Shown here piece by piece: positions 40,427 through 54,829 of a DNA stretch of 64,000 nucleotides. The notes below the pieces were generated by a model, which was not told the origin of the DNA, did no database searches, and saw nothing but the letters and a program-made list of their open reading frames with translations. The position numbers and the translations under genes are program-made. The stretch's first letter is position 1; every line of letters begins with the position of its first letter. Location of the stretch: NCBI GenBank assembly GCA_028023455.1, contig JAQFVV010000004.1, forward strand, positions 12,834,001 to 12,898,000, given 5' to 3'. Origin of the DNA: Epiperipatus broadwayi (Eukaryota > Animalia > Onychophora).

Positions 40427-40568
40427 GACAAATTTTTAACATTATTATTATGTTTATTAACACAGATATGAACATATCTAGGGAAGATATGTTCAGATAT
40501 GAACATATCTAGGGAAGATATGTTCATATCTGTGTTAATATATATAATAATATTGATAAAAATTTGTC
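40427..40568. repeat. Hairpin with a tandemly duplicated 31-bp centre
   Basis: Arms gacaaattttt...gaacatatct; unit gatatgaacatatctagggaagatatgttca at 40465 and 40496. Confidence 0.8.
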
Positions 40569-42338
40569 ATTAAAATATTTTTGAAAATATGTATATTGAA
40601 CCGGATCAGAGAAAATCATTGATTATATTTTTTAAATCTCGATTTTAACTCAAGCTGCACTTCCACTATGGCAACAGACTGGTAATTCAAGCAGAGAAGT
40701 ATAGTACCACAGATAGATGAAACATCAACGGTACCTATAACCAGACCAAGGCTATTCAAAATATAACCTACAGTCACATTTCCAGGCTATAGCACTTCTC
40801 GACTGCTTGATTCAAAACCCTGCCATCTGAAGCACTTTATTCGTTTTGAGGATCAACCTCAGTCACCAGCTAACTACAGAATAGTCCATATGCTCCAGAT
40901 GACAGCCACACAATCCAGTTCATGACATATTCCAAGCTAACTCCTTTTATCAATTGTGAGCATGGAATATTTGGACACTTACCCAACCCTTAAACTATTT
41001 ATAAATTAAACTACTAGTGGCACAGTTCTAAGAGAGAGAATTGACCAAACAATAATTAAGCAAGATTTATTTTTACACACACGCATAATGATAACACAAT
41101 ATAATAAAAATTGACATATGCAATATTAAAGACTATGTTGCCTGTAACTATGAGAGTTCACTAAAGTTCCTTTCATTCACATATATGTGTAGATATTTAT
41201 AATGGGAGAAAAAGGATATTTACCTAGGATTTGGAATATCACATTTTCATGGATTCAGTTCTTTGCTTGTTTCCTTACTTGTCGACCACCAGCCGGTTGG
41301 ACTTTCATTTCCATCGATAATTTCTGGTTTCTTTTGAATTCTTCAAGTTTGCATTGAAGAAAGAGAGAGAGATTATCAGCAGTTCATAGGTCACAAGGCA
41401 AGCAAAGGATTCCAGGTGGAAAACATCTGATGGTAATGAGAACTCAGGACTGAAAGCTAGCCAAACACTTCTAGTGTTCTTTAGCATCACATGTTGCTAG
41501 GTTGGTCTTTGGTGAAGATAGGTCGATGAGCATGCATACTAGAAACATGGATAGTTTTTCTGGCCATCTTCAATTTTTTTAATAGTAATACAGCAGTATT
41601 GAATAATAATTTGACTGCGTCTGAATAATCTGACTGTGAATTAATAAATTTCTTGTCTCTTTTGTCTTATATTTCTCCCTCTCATTGTTTTCTCTTTATC
41701 GTCCTCAGATCAAGTTTAATTAATTTTATATTTCTGATCTATTGTTTCATTAGGATTAATTTTTGCATTCTTTGGTTATCTAATCTCATTTTGAGATTAA
41801 TCTACCTTTCTTGATAAGATAGTGTATGTGAGTTTTCCTTTTTCTTTATTTAGTTGAGCTAAGAGTTTTCTTTTATCAGCCAAGTAATCTTTAATTTTTA
41901 CATTTATTTGTTATTTTCTTTTTTGTTTTCAGCCATACATTTTTCTAAATTTATAAAAGGAAGAGCTTTTTTCTTTTACTTAGAATTAACCCCCCCCCCC
42001 CGCTCACTCTTTAATATTAAAAAATATTTTATTTTTAAAAGAAAAAGGTGACGCAATATTTTCATTTTTACAAGTTTGCATTTCTTAGAGGAAAAAAACT
42101 CTTTAAAACTATACTTTTCTTTCTATTTTATTATTCTCACTTTTCTTTTTTTAAATCAATTTGATCATTTATTTTTAAATGACTGTATATGTAACACAAT
42201 ATGTTTTTTTTATATATATATTCGTCAGCGCTACAATATATAGTAAATATTTTTCATGCATATAGTAAATAGTTTTTATACATCTCTAAACCTACATACA
42301 CAAAATATATTTTTTACTTTTTTTTTTTCAAATTTTAG

Positions 42339-42437
42339 CCACAAAAAGGTAAACAAGCCACTAAAGGTCAGAAACAGATTGTTGAAGAAAACAAAGAAAC
42401 ATTACGTTTTTATGGTTACCTCATTTTAGGTTCTAAT
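42339..42437 (+). CDS. TMEM208: TMEM208 (SND2 homologue) coding exon 2
   Basis: PQKGKQATKGQKQIVEENKETLRFYGYLILGSN with polypyrimidine-AG and GTAAGT sites; 99 nt; boundaries match human exon 2. Confidence 0.92.
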
Positions 42438-43827
42438 GTAAGTTTATATTTATTCAATAAGACACTACCTCTCACTATCTTTTCTGCACTTGCTATATTA
42501 ATTCTATAAAAAGTAAATAATATTGAATCTTCTTAATTAAGAAATTTACTAAAGAAATTATGATGTATTGAGTGTATGTGGAAATGTTTCAGTGTTTGTT
42601 AGCTTTTTTTTTTATTACTTTTTATATTAGAATTAATTATTGTTTGTAACATTTGCCAATTAAACAATTATTAAGTAAAATTGATTTTAGATCATTAGTT
42701 GTATAGATAGTTTAAGAAATCAAGATTTGATTTACTGTAAAATAAAACAGAAAGTTAGTTGGCTGCAATAAATTTGAATTGACAATTGTTTTATTATTTC
42801 TATGATTTTAATGTTGTGATTTTTTTTAAAATTTTAGTCAAGATATTTCCGTTTACAGTAAGTTATTTATAATTTATAGCAATCCAGATCATGAAATCAG
42901 ACTAAATAGTTGTAAAATTACCATTTACAGACTCTTTCTAATAGTAATATTAGCGATTAAGCCGATGCACGTGCGCTTTAGAAAAAAGATGATATTAATA
43001 ATTCAACGCCCAATTAAATTAATAACAGTTAATGATAGAAGATATGTAAAATATAGTGAAACCTTAATTCATATTTTTTTAAGAGGATGGAGAAAAGAAG
43101 TGATAATTCCAAGAAAGCAGTTTAGGAACTCATAAAAGTTATAGATTAAGACAATTTAAAGATTACGGTTTACTGTATAAATAAATGTAAAATATAAATT
43201 AACTGCTGTCTTAATATTCAGATATTTTAATCCCATTATTTGAAAATGTAAACGTATGTGTTTGTGTGTATATACATGGAACCAATCAAATTAATTCTCA
43301 AATCTTGTAAATTGTATTCCATAATCTTGTAAGTTGTTGAATTTATACTGTAATGTAGGGAAAGATGAAATGGATGGATAGATATTTAAAAATGGATAGA
43401 AGTCTAGCTATACAAGGATATATATTTTATTTCTAATTGTCATACGGTGCTTATCATTTTATGTAACCGATCAATTTAGTCATTGTTTATGCACTGATAT
43501 GAAAAAGTTATTTTATATTTTATTAAACATACAGATCTGAAATCCTTATCTCAATTCTGTAGTAGTAATTAGAATGATGATGATCAAACTAAATATTCCC
43601 ATTTTGTAATTAACATTGGAAGAATTCTAAAAGGATTACATCACCACTTTATAATCATCTATATGAGGAACAGATTAAGAGTTGTATTACCCAGTAGTTT
43701 CATTTATTGTAAGGAAATATGTATGATGAAAAAATAATACCATATCATAATATCCTAATTTCTTCCCTTTTAATACCAGTTTATTTACCAGCCTAGAGCT
43801 CACCTAGGAATATGAATAAGCTTTTTT

Positions 43828-45176
43828 GGTTGTCATCGAACAGCCACTATATCCCACTCGATGGTGCAGTTTTCACGCTTAAATTATAAAATATGATCAT
43901 TCCCGGGCCGTTAATTATAATCATTTCGATGTGTTTTTTGTAATGCGAAAATAAAAACAAAAGAAAATCGTCTTATTTAAATATTATTTAATTTTAAATA
44001 TTATTTTTTATTAACGTATACAAATTAAATGATAATAATAAATGTAAAATAAAATAAATTACAATTTGATTCGTCTTTTTTAGTTTGCTTTTTATTAGAA
44101 AAATCAATTTTCTATCGGAGATTTTTTTACTGGGGTTACGGCTTTTTTTTTGTTGTTGTTTAAAAACTCATAATCGGAATAAAAAGTAAAAATTCTTAGT
44201 CTTCCTTTTACATTTTATTTTTACAGAGAAACAGATATTATTGTATTATCGCTATTGTTTTTTTTTCAAACAGGTATTACCGCTATTTTTTATTTCAAAT
44301 AGAATGACAACTAAAAGTAAACGTTGTTACGGTTAGGTTTAGAGTTAGTTTTAGGGTTAGGTTTACGGTTAGGTTTAGAGTTAGTGTTCTGTGGTTTGTA
44401 ATGCTAAAATAAAAAATATCAAAATCGTATTTTTGTAAATATTTTTTTTACTAACATCTATAAAATAAATGATAACAATAAACGTAAACTATATTCAACA
44501 AAGTATAACAGTAGTCGGAGAAAAGAAAGAAACTAAAACTTTTTTAAACAACAACAAATATATATATAATGTCTTCTTTACTTATTAAACGTGTTTATAA
44601 TATATGCTTTTTATGACATTTAAAAAAACAGTGTACAATTGTACTTTTCTTACTGGATATTTTTGTGTTAACGCTTTTTTTTATTTCAAAAATATACACA
44701 CGGTACAATCTTCTTTGTCTCGTGGAATGTTATGAACAGTACGTTACTTGACGCGTTACCTAATTCCAACTCACTTTATATATATATCTCATCAACATTT
44801 ACCACTTAAAACTTCAATACACTACGGTGTAAAAGTCTGTTAATTATTACTTTACAAAATCTGAACATTTCAATACTTTAAAATAAAAACAAATCCAATG
44901 AAAACAACATTTCCATTCAATTCAAAAAAACACACCCTCTCACCAAGCCGTAACCATTTTATAAACTGTGCGAATTCGGAAAATGTATTTGCTGCGATGC
45001 GACATACATGCTGTACTGTGATGCGACATTGCGGCCTGCAATCTGTAGCACAAGAAAAAAGTTGTATTATAGAAAACGCGGGTTCGAACGTGTTGGCCGC
45101 GGAAACTGCATTTTTATGTGTTTTAGCACGAAAACAGCGCCATCCAGTGGGATATGGCGGCTCTTCGACGACTACC
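43828..45176. mobile_element. Non-autonomous Merlin-type DNA transposon (MITE-like)
   Basis: About 55-bp TIRs starting GGT(A/T)GTC; identical 8-bp TSD GCTTTTTT at 43820-43827 and 45177-45184; internal degenerate (GGTTAGGTTTAG)n at about 44327-44386. Confidence 0.8.
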
Positions 45177-48100
45177 GCTTTTTTTTTTAAATATACAATA
45201 CTAATGAAACAAGACTTAAATAAGAACAGCACAGACTTTTAAGTTTAGTTTTAAATAATAAAAACAAATAATTTATTGAATCAATTTCATTAATAAAATA
45301 AAAATAAAAAATTACTCGTTATTATATGCAAATAGAGATATGAAAATAAATCCAAGGATTGGCATCTTTTATCAAATAAAATATAAAAAAAATTATAGGA
45401 CTACCACATATCTCACTAACACTTACAATTAGCTTTATTATCAGATAGATGCCAATATAATTAAATAATAAAGAATATTTTATAAATATAATAATAATTA
45501 TCTTATTCATTCAGTGGACTGAATGTTTATTATATAAATAATTAGAGGGATTTGAATTTAGGATTTTCATTTTATATTTATCCTCCATTCCATCTCAAAC
45601 ACAACCAATACACATGACCGCATACATGTAACAAACATAGATGATCCCCAATATATATATATTTTGTTCAATTTTTGCCAGAATATGTGTTTTATTAAAA
45701 TTGATGTCATGGTTAGTTAATTTAATATGAGAATAAATGGCTGATAAATTAGATTTTTCTTTAAGTGCCAAAATGTGTTCTTCCTCTCTTATGTTTATTA
45801 GACGATTGGTCTTTCCATTGTATGAATATATATATGTATATCAGTGATGAAGCGTGACTTTTTTAGGAACAGAAGCACACTTATTTTTGTTATAATGGTT
45901 TTATTTCACTTGCCACAATTTTTACGTAATAGCACCTAATATATATATACTCATACCTAGAAAATCTGAAACTCTCTTATTTGTAAATCAGAGAATATAT
46001 TATCAGTATGTTTTTATCTTCCAAATCCTTTTAACTTAAAAGTTTTGGCTGTAAATAAGATCTTAGCATTGTTTAAACTTCTTATAATCAACGGGAATGA
46101 GTTAGTAGAGTTCATTCCATTTCCTATGTATATAAAAACAATTCAACAGTTGCTAAAAAAAAATTAAAAGTAAATTTTTTAAATTGAATTTTAATTAAAG
46201 CTTTTGAAAGTTTTAGTGAATTTTTATAAGGAAGCACTCATTCCGTTCAATACATGGACACTTTGTCCCTGATATATATATATAATTTACAAGATAATCA
46301 AACTGAGTTTTCTAATGAAATAAACATTTATAAAAATGTATTACTAAATCAAAAACTACAGCTATATTTCCTGATTATCTTTACTCATCCAGAGTGAAAT
46401 TAGTCAAAGTAGTATTTGAAAGATATCATCCCTTTTTTAAGAATAGCTTATATCTGAACTTCAATGTTAAAAGCAAATTAATGCACTATTTTAATGATGA
46501 GGGGAATGTTATCCAAAACCAAGCCCAAACTGATCATGAAATTATTATAATTTTCTTATCTATTAAATGGTGAGTTGCTTATTTCTAGCAATTAGCTTAA
46601 AATATTATAGAATACTAATTAACATAAAAGTAATTTTGAAATGAAACTGGTATGATTTTTAAATATATATTTAATAACAATAAAAAAAAAAACTGTTAAG
46701 ATTTGACATTTGTCATTCACATAATATAATTATTCCAATAATGTATGATTAAATAAAGAAATTATTAAATAACAAATATTAAAAAAAAATAAAAAAACAA
46801 GTTATACAAATTGGTAAAATGTCTAAAAGAGTTTCTTTTTACAAATTTTTATAAAGGTCATCATTAATTAATTGAATAAAATGTCTTAACAGTATTTATC
46901 AAAGCCGGTTTACTTTTCTGTATCCTGACTTTAAGTGATATCTTCTTCATTCATGCTCATACTTTTCTTTGATAACGATTTTCAGTTTTCTAGGGGAACA
47001 AGTTTTTGCAAATTGTATGGAGATGATTGCGCAGATGAACATAACATCTATTCAGTTCTTAGGTGACTATTTGGCAACCAATCAGGAATAGCCATATTTA
47101 ACTGGTTAGAGCAACATTTTTAACTACTCAGAATATAGATAGGGTCACCATCGGAAAGGAGGGGGATTTAGCCTGCCATGGAGAATATCTTTTTTCTGCC
47201 TTTGAATGATTCCATAGCTTTTGATGAATGAAAACCAGCTTCTTAATGTTCATTATCAGCTGCTTTGCAATTGAATTAGAAGATAAAGCATGAATGGTGG
47301 GAGCAAGATAAAATTGTCATGCCGTTTTCAAGACTAGAAAGCATAAATAAATTAAGAGGTAAAAAGTTTTGATACCGTATTTTCTGATAAACAACAGTAA
47401 GCATAAAGGTAATGTAAAGCTGGTTAAACCAAAGTGATTAGATATCTGTTGCGTTCTGTGTTCTATTAAATTGTCATACTCAGAAAAGGGAGCAGCATGA
47501 TTAAAGTATTGCAAAAGACAGATAAAATGGTAGAATGAATGCAGAAAAGATTTGAAAACTTGCTAATTGAAGAAATGGGAAAATAGAAAGAGTTATAATT
47601 TTTTTAGATTTATGTGTGCAGTGTAATTCTCATTGACAAGACATCATGGGAAGCTATAAAATAAATGAAAAGTTATAAGTAATGTATATCCAGTGTAATT
47701 TTTGCTAATAATCCATTTGTTAAATTAATCATAAGTTTTATTAGTGGTTGGTGCCAAGATCATGTTTAAAATGATAATAGTGGATTTCTTTTGATTATGT
47801 AGTGACCAATTAAAAAATTGTAAATGTAAAAAAAAAAAAAAATCACCAGAAGAAAGTAATTGGAGAATAAATTTTTGTAATAGAAAAGGAAATTGAAAGA
47901 AAGATATAGATCGGAAGGAAAGATATTTATTAATAAATTTGTAAACGAATCAAAAGATATGATCCTTTTTTATAGAGGATATAAAGATCTCCTTAATATT
48001 TATTTAGATTAAAGATATGATTTTTTTTTATAGAAGATGTAAAAATTTCCTTAATATTTATTTAGATTAAATATTGAACAACTGTTGTTTTGATAAGGAT

Positions 48101-49494
48101 TAGAGTTAGCATTATAAGTATAAACATTTGTTGATGACATAGCAGATATCCAGATAAGAATGAACTTAATAAAATATTGTGTAGGATTAATAGAGTTTGA
48201 AGAAAGTTTAGGATGAAAGTAAACACAATTAACTAAGAAGTATTAATACAATTATAAGAACCCTGTGATATATGATTATCCAAAAATATAATAATGTTAA
48301 TAAAGAAATAATTCTACTTTTATTTTTTTTAAATAAATAATAGAATGCAAAACTTCTGTAAAATGTTTTGCTTGTTGACTGTATTTTTGTCGTGGTCATA
48401 TCGAAGTTGAAATGGTGAGACAATAGCAGTTAACATGTTTTATATGATGCTATGAATTGATATGCTTAGTATTTACATAATAATTCTTCATTTTAAAAGA
48501 TGAAATGAGTGTTTAAAAGATTAATAATTAGTAACGTATCAGTTCTTCACCATTTTAAGCTTAAAATTGGAATTCTAAGAAGTGCTTAGAATGAAGCTTT
48601 TATTTTAAAAAAAAATTAGCAGCCATTCTATTATAATATTTGATTTACAATGCAGATCCAGTCTTGGAGCACAATATCAAAGTGGTCATTTTTTTATATA
48701 TCACAATTATTGAAAAGTACTATCGAAAAACAATCCAGTGAAACAGATATTTATATTAAGTAATTAAATCCTTAGTGTCTCAGATAGTCATGTGATATGG
48801 TGACAAGTTTTGTTTTGATCCAGGACTTTATTCTAGGATTCATTTCTCTACCACTCATTTATATTGCATAGTAAAGCATTAAGTAAATTATGACGGCATG
48901 AATATTACTAGCATAGAACTGACAAAGTGAATAATTAATCCTTTATTTTCATATGTAACTATGTTATTGAAATAAGATTTTGTATAGAGAATACTTTGAA
49001 TTGCCATTGTTAAGTATTAATTAGTAAAATATTGATATCAAAATCAACATTTTATAGGAAATTAATTTTCTTCAGCTATTATCAACAAGGGCTCTATTTT
49101 TTAGATCTAGAATAAAGGTTTAAATGGCCATATACATATATTTTTCATTACATGTTAATATATTTGTGCATGTGTGATTGGTAATCTGTGGGACAGCCGG
49201 TAGTCAGCACATCTATTTACTGAATTTATGACTTTAGTTTAAATTCAAGCTGGTAAAGCTTAAAAAATGAAACAGTTCCAATCAGGCTTAGAATATTTGG
49301 GGGGGGGGGGAACTAGTTATAGCTACTCTAGTGAATAATCCCATAGTAATCACTAATAGAGTATGTAGATATTCTTAGAGTGTAAACAAGAATGTAAAGT
49401 CACTAAATCTCACATTACTTAACAATTGGAGAATTGTCTTCTTTACTGGTTCTCTGACTGCATTTGTTCTGGACTATCTAAAGATTGTTTAGCT

Positions 49495-49820
49495 TATACA
49501 TATTGCTAAAGCTATTAATATATAGTGTATCTGAACTTAGTTCAGTCCCATATAACTATTTAATTTAGATAGCTGGATTTGAAGACATATGGATGTTTGA
49601 AAATTTTAGATTTTTTATTTAATAGTTATCCATTAGATAAAATGCTGGGCTTGGCCTGGTATTTTAAGTCTAATGCTTGAATATCCTAGCAACTCACTGA
49701 AGAAAGCCAGAAGCTAGAAACTGGTCTGGCTTTAGGGATATTCTGAAAAGCTTGTTAAGAACTATTGGCAAGCTCATTAGATAACATTTGTAATACAAGC
49801 TTATATGACTTGATTTCTTT
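49495..49820 (+). mobile_element. Family C single permuted unit in TMEM208 intron 2
   Basis: Collinear with 8730-9115. Confidence 0.85.
49693..49729 (+). ncRNA. Minimal hammerhead ribozyme with intact core (family C)
   Basis: CTCA CTGAAGA aAGC cagaa GCTa GAAA CTGG TC|TGG; stem I only 3 bp. Confidence 0.7.
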
Positions 49821-49913
49821 GCAATTATATATGTACATATATTAGTAATTTAGTTTTGAAGTATATTTTAATTTTATTACCAATTAATTTTATAATTGTT
49901 ATTTATATTTTAG

Positions 49914-49973
49914 GTTATTTATCTTGCTACACAATATTTTATGTTTTGGAATACTTTTACTACTTTAAATTGG
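49914..49973 (+). CDS. TMEM208: TMEM208 coding exon 3
   Basis: 60-nt phase-0 exon VIYLATQYFMFWNTFTTLNW flanked by ttttag and gtaaga; same length as human exon 3 ([20 protein letters not shown]). Confidence 0.8.
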
Positions 49974-51006
49974 GTAAGATTTTTTTTTTTTTCATTTCTT
50001 ATAGCAAATAATTTTGCTTCATTTTATTTATTAAATTAGTGATAGAGAGAGTATCATGGACTCATATATCTTTACATTGTGATCTTCTAGAATATTGTAA
50101 CATTTATAGGAGATGAAATTTATAGATGTGCTACTTGTTTTAAGGTTAGAAGCATTGCAGAAAGTTGTTATGGTATAAAGAGAGTTTAGAAATTCTGTAA
50201 GAAATTTATTATTTGAACAGTTAATTATAAATTGTTACATGCTATTACTATGATAAAATATTAGTTACACAATTATTGCTTTTGTTTATTTATGATATAT
50301 ATATATATATATAATTCAGTACTAGCACACATTTATGCAATCATAAGTACATGCAATATCTGTATACTTTATAAATATCAAATAAATTAAAGATTGATTC
50401 ACCTTAATAAGTAAATGAAAATTTTTCTTATGCTCTAATACTTTGTACCAAATCTAATATGTTTGTAAAATTCTTTTTCAATTAACATTTTTGAATAGCA
50501 TATAATTTAATTATGAAAAACCCTTATGTTTACATACTTATTAAAATGTTATCAAATAATAAAATTGTATTTTAAAAAGTAGCTTATATTGATTTTCTGC
50601 TTCTGAAATTAATTAACTCATTACTCTACTTTTTTTTTTTTTAATGCTACATTGTGTTAAAAATATTCTTAAAGTTTTGACTGATTAAAGTCTTGTCAGA
50701 GAAAATAAAATAGAAAAATAAAGTATATTATATGCTTGTTTTAAATTTACATACAGTATATAAATTTCACAGTCTTAGTTTAAAATTGTGTTTTGTTGTG
50801 CATCTTTTATTTATATCTACAAATATATCATAATAATTCTCATATTATTTTACAATATTTTCTATATTCATATATATATATTGTGATGATCTTGAATCAG
50901 GTCACAAGCTATTACAAAAATTAAAACAAGGATAATATAAAATTAAACAGGATTTCAATTAGTAAAATAACTATCTCATTCAACAAAAGGTAAAACGCAT
51001 GAGCAA

Positions 51007-52879
51007 TAAAGCCCTTTTCGGCAATTTTTAAATTTTTGCCCTTTTCAATATGTCTTAACTACAAAAATAACCTATATTGCATACATAGTGATATTTACCT
51101 ATATAAAATTAACACAAACCTATAATTTATGCTTTAATATCTTTGTAATAACACATTATATAACCCTCCATTCATTTTTCATTATCCAATTATTAGTAAA
51201 ATTAATTGACGTTTTATAAATTTCATACAATTATTAGTGTTTTAATTAATATAATTGGTTTTATATATCTTCCTTCTATTAATTTCTTTAATATAATTTA
51301 ATGGACTTATATTCTTAACACAATCTATTCTATGTCCATATTTTAAGTAGTGAACATATAATGCAGATCTGTCATCTCTCCTATTAATAGTATTATGTTC
51401 TTTAGCCCTTTCTTCTAATTGTTTTTCCATATGTCCATAATAAACCATACTGCAAAACCCACAAGTAATTTTATATACTATATCTTTTTTATATTTTATA
51501 TCATGTTTTATTTTATAATTCCCTACTAATATATCAAGATTTTTACTGTTTGACCATCCTATTTTAATATTTTCATCTATTTTATTTTTATTTTTTAATA
51601 ATGTATGATAAATTTTAGGAACATATGAAAGTTTTACCCATTTTATATTTTCTGGTTCACAATTATTACCTAAATTGTATTGTTTATAATTAAAGAATAT
51701 ATTTCTAATGCTTCTAGGGTTATATCCGTAACTAGTATATAACTTTATAAATTTCTCTTTTTGCAAAGTAGCTATCTTCCTGTCGGTGTTATATTTATCA
51801 TTTTTATTTTTAAAATTTGTAATAACTGCCATTTTTTGTATCCATGCCTGTTGCGAATCCATAGAAATTATTTTCCTTAATCTATCTTCTTTAATGAAGT
51901 GTTTTAATGAAATTATGTTATTGTCATCTATCTCTATATCTAAATATATATATATATTATGTAACATAACTACATTAAAACACTTCATTACAGAAGGTAG
52001 ATTAAAGAAAATAATTTTTATGGATTCGCAAGAGGCATGAATACAAAAAAAATGGCAGTTTTTTTAAAAAATTTAAAAATAAAAATGATAAATATAACAT
52101 AGATAAGAAGATAGCTACTTTGGAAAAAGGGAAATTTATAAAATTATATACTAGTTAGGGATATAACCCTAGAAGCATTAGAAATATATTCTTTAATTAT
52201 AAACAATACAATTTGGGTAATAATAGTGAACCAGAAAATATAAAATGGATAAAACTTTCATATATTCCTAAAATTTATCATACATTATTAAAAAATAAAA
52301 ATTATATAGATAAAAATATTAAAATAGGATGGGCAAACAGTAAAAATCTTGATATATTACTAGGGAATTATAAAATAAAAGATGAAATAAAATATAAAAA
52401 GGGTATAGTATATAAAATTACTTGTAGGGTTTGCAGTATGGTTTATTATGTTCATACGGCAAAACAATTAAAAGAAAGGGCTAAAGAATATAATAATGCT
52501 ATTAATAGGAGAGATGACAGATCTGCATTATATGTTCACTACTTAAAATATGGACATAGGATAGATTGTGTTAAGAATATAAGTCCATTAAATTATATTA
52601 AAGAAATTAATAGAAGGAAGATATATGAAATCAGTTATATTAATTATAACAGAAATAATTGTATGAACATTTATAAAACGTCAGTTAATTTAACTAATAA
52701 TTGGATAATGACAAATGAATGAAGGGTTATATATTATATGTTATTATAAAGATATTAAAGCATAAATTGTAGGCTTGTGTATAACCAGTAGATGTCATTA
52801 TGTATGCAATATAGGTTATTTTTGTAGTTAAGGCATATTGAAATGGGCAAAATTTTAAAAATTGCCGAAAAGAGCTTTT
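51007..52879. mobile_element. Penelope-like element 3' end (RT C-terminal region and GIY-YIG endonuclease) as a 1.87-kb fold-back
   Basis: ORFs 51242-51988 (-) and 52213-52722 (+) both contain GIVYKITC..C..VYY.HT.KQL.ER.KEH; arms of about 910 bp around a 41-bp spacer (51921-51961). Confidence 0.9.
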
Positions 52880-54059
52880 ATCTGTTATAATTATATGATT
52901 ATATTACAGATATTGTCATATATTATTTTGTTGTTAGATAAAGATATTTATTCTATATAATATCTAGGATTTATTTTTAATTTGCAAAAGCAACGTAAAA
53001 GATTTATTCCTTGTATTTCGGGTTAGTAATTATTATATATTGAGCTATTTCTATCATCTAATATGCACAGTTGGTAGAGCATCTGACTTGGGGGAGGGGA
53101 GCCCCCAAGGTTGATTCTGATACTCAAAACTTCTTACAAATTCCCGAACAATAAAACCATATGTCTTTTTTTATTTTTAAATGTTTTTAGAAAAATTTAA
53201 ATGTTATTTAAACTTTTTAAATACATTCAGCTATTAGTAACATAACACCATTTAGTATATAACACATTTCAAGTGATATTATTTTCCTCTCTTCTGTCAT
53301 GTATTGCTGGCCTGAAGATTGACAGTACTAACGTGGGAATTGAACCTGGTTCTTTAGTTTTGTGAATATGGAATTAAAGATGACATTTGAACCAACTAGA
53401 CTATTCTTCCAAAGGCAACAAGCAGCAGAAATTCCATATCCTGATTTGTCCACTTTTTCTTAAAGGCAAGGTCAATAAATTATATATGCTGGCTGCAAAT
53501 ATTTAAGTAGCAATATTTGTGGTTTTTGTGCTTGATTGTTTTATTAGTTGATGTTGGTGACTTTTGGTATTATTTATAGCTGTAAATAAAGCAATATTAA
53601 TATATAATAATTATTAAAACATCTCAAATTATATACATTTTGTAATGTGTGTTAGCAAAGAACACTGACCTTATATTTCACTTCTTCATTACAAAAGATA
53701 GTTACATTTTGCCTTCATAGATACACTCATCTTTATATTGTAATAATATGTTTTTCAAGTAAATAATATAATCATCATATATATATAGTTTTAGGGATAA
53801 TTAAATTCTAGCAAAAATAATAATTTACGGCAAAAATCAAAAACATATATATAACATTATATATTTTTAATTTATATGGAATTAGAAATATGAAGTGCTG
53901 CAGGTTTTCAAAACAATCTATTATCCTTGGAATCAACAAACTAATTATAGATCTTAACAGTGTATGTGAAAGACAAATGGTTGCTAATATATTATCCTTG
54001 ACAAATTAACTTCTAATCTTTGGAAAACATGTTTTTGATCATCAGATGAGTAGCAATAT

Positions 54060-54580
54060 AAAAAGCCTGTGAAAAGCAATTTAAAAAGATTATCGACAGT
54101 TTTATTTTCTATTCACTCTTTTTTGGTCAACTTAGAGCATTTATATTTGCTGCAGATACCAACTTCCATTAAGTAGAAGGAAATCAAAAGTTACTGGTGG
54201 GTTGTATCCGTAAATCCTGGTAACTTCAAAAGGTGAAACCTTATCATTTGGTCAATAGAAGTAAAAAGGCAATCATTTGTATAGAAGACTCCTTTCCAAT
54301 ATTTCTCAATTGCAGTGCTGATAATTTACATTTGTATTTATAGCTTCTCAATTTATTCAGTTAACAGCCACAAAATCTGTATCTGCCCATTGATTTCCAG
54401 TCATATAATGTCTGCCTTCCAAGATCTATGAAGTAGCCCTAAGTTATAGCCTGTTGCCTGCTATTACAAGAAATAACTTGTCCCAAATTGATATGGTTTT
54501 TATTTCACAGTGGTTACTCATCATAAATAAGATGACCATGTTACGAAAGTGAACCATATAAAAATTAAAAATGGTTTTTC
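54060..54580 (-). mobile_element. Heavily decayed LINE RT-like fragment
   Basis: Partial FIDL-type motif; many stops. Confidence 0.3.
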
Positions 54581-54829
54581 TGATTTTAGTAAAGAATTTA
54601 ACCTGCAAAAATTGGAGACAATATCAAAAGTCAGTATGTTTATGTACAGTCCATCTAAATAAAACAATACAAACAAAAGTTTCATTATTTAATTAATAAC
54701 GTGCAAGGCTAAAACTTTCAGACAGAAACGCCTTAAAAATGCTTATATGACAGCCAATCAGATGTAATAATGACTTCTGAAACAAGTAGCTAAACTCTAA
54801 GTATTAAGAGCCAACCCATTAATAAAAAA

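Noticed and set aside
44327-44386. TTAGG-like repeats as a telomere or interstitial telomeric array
   Set aside because: Short, degenerate and internal to the Merlin-type MITE.
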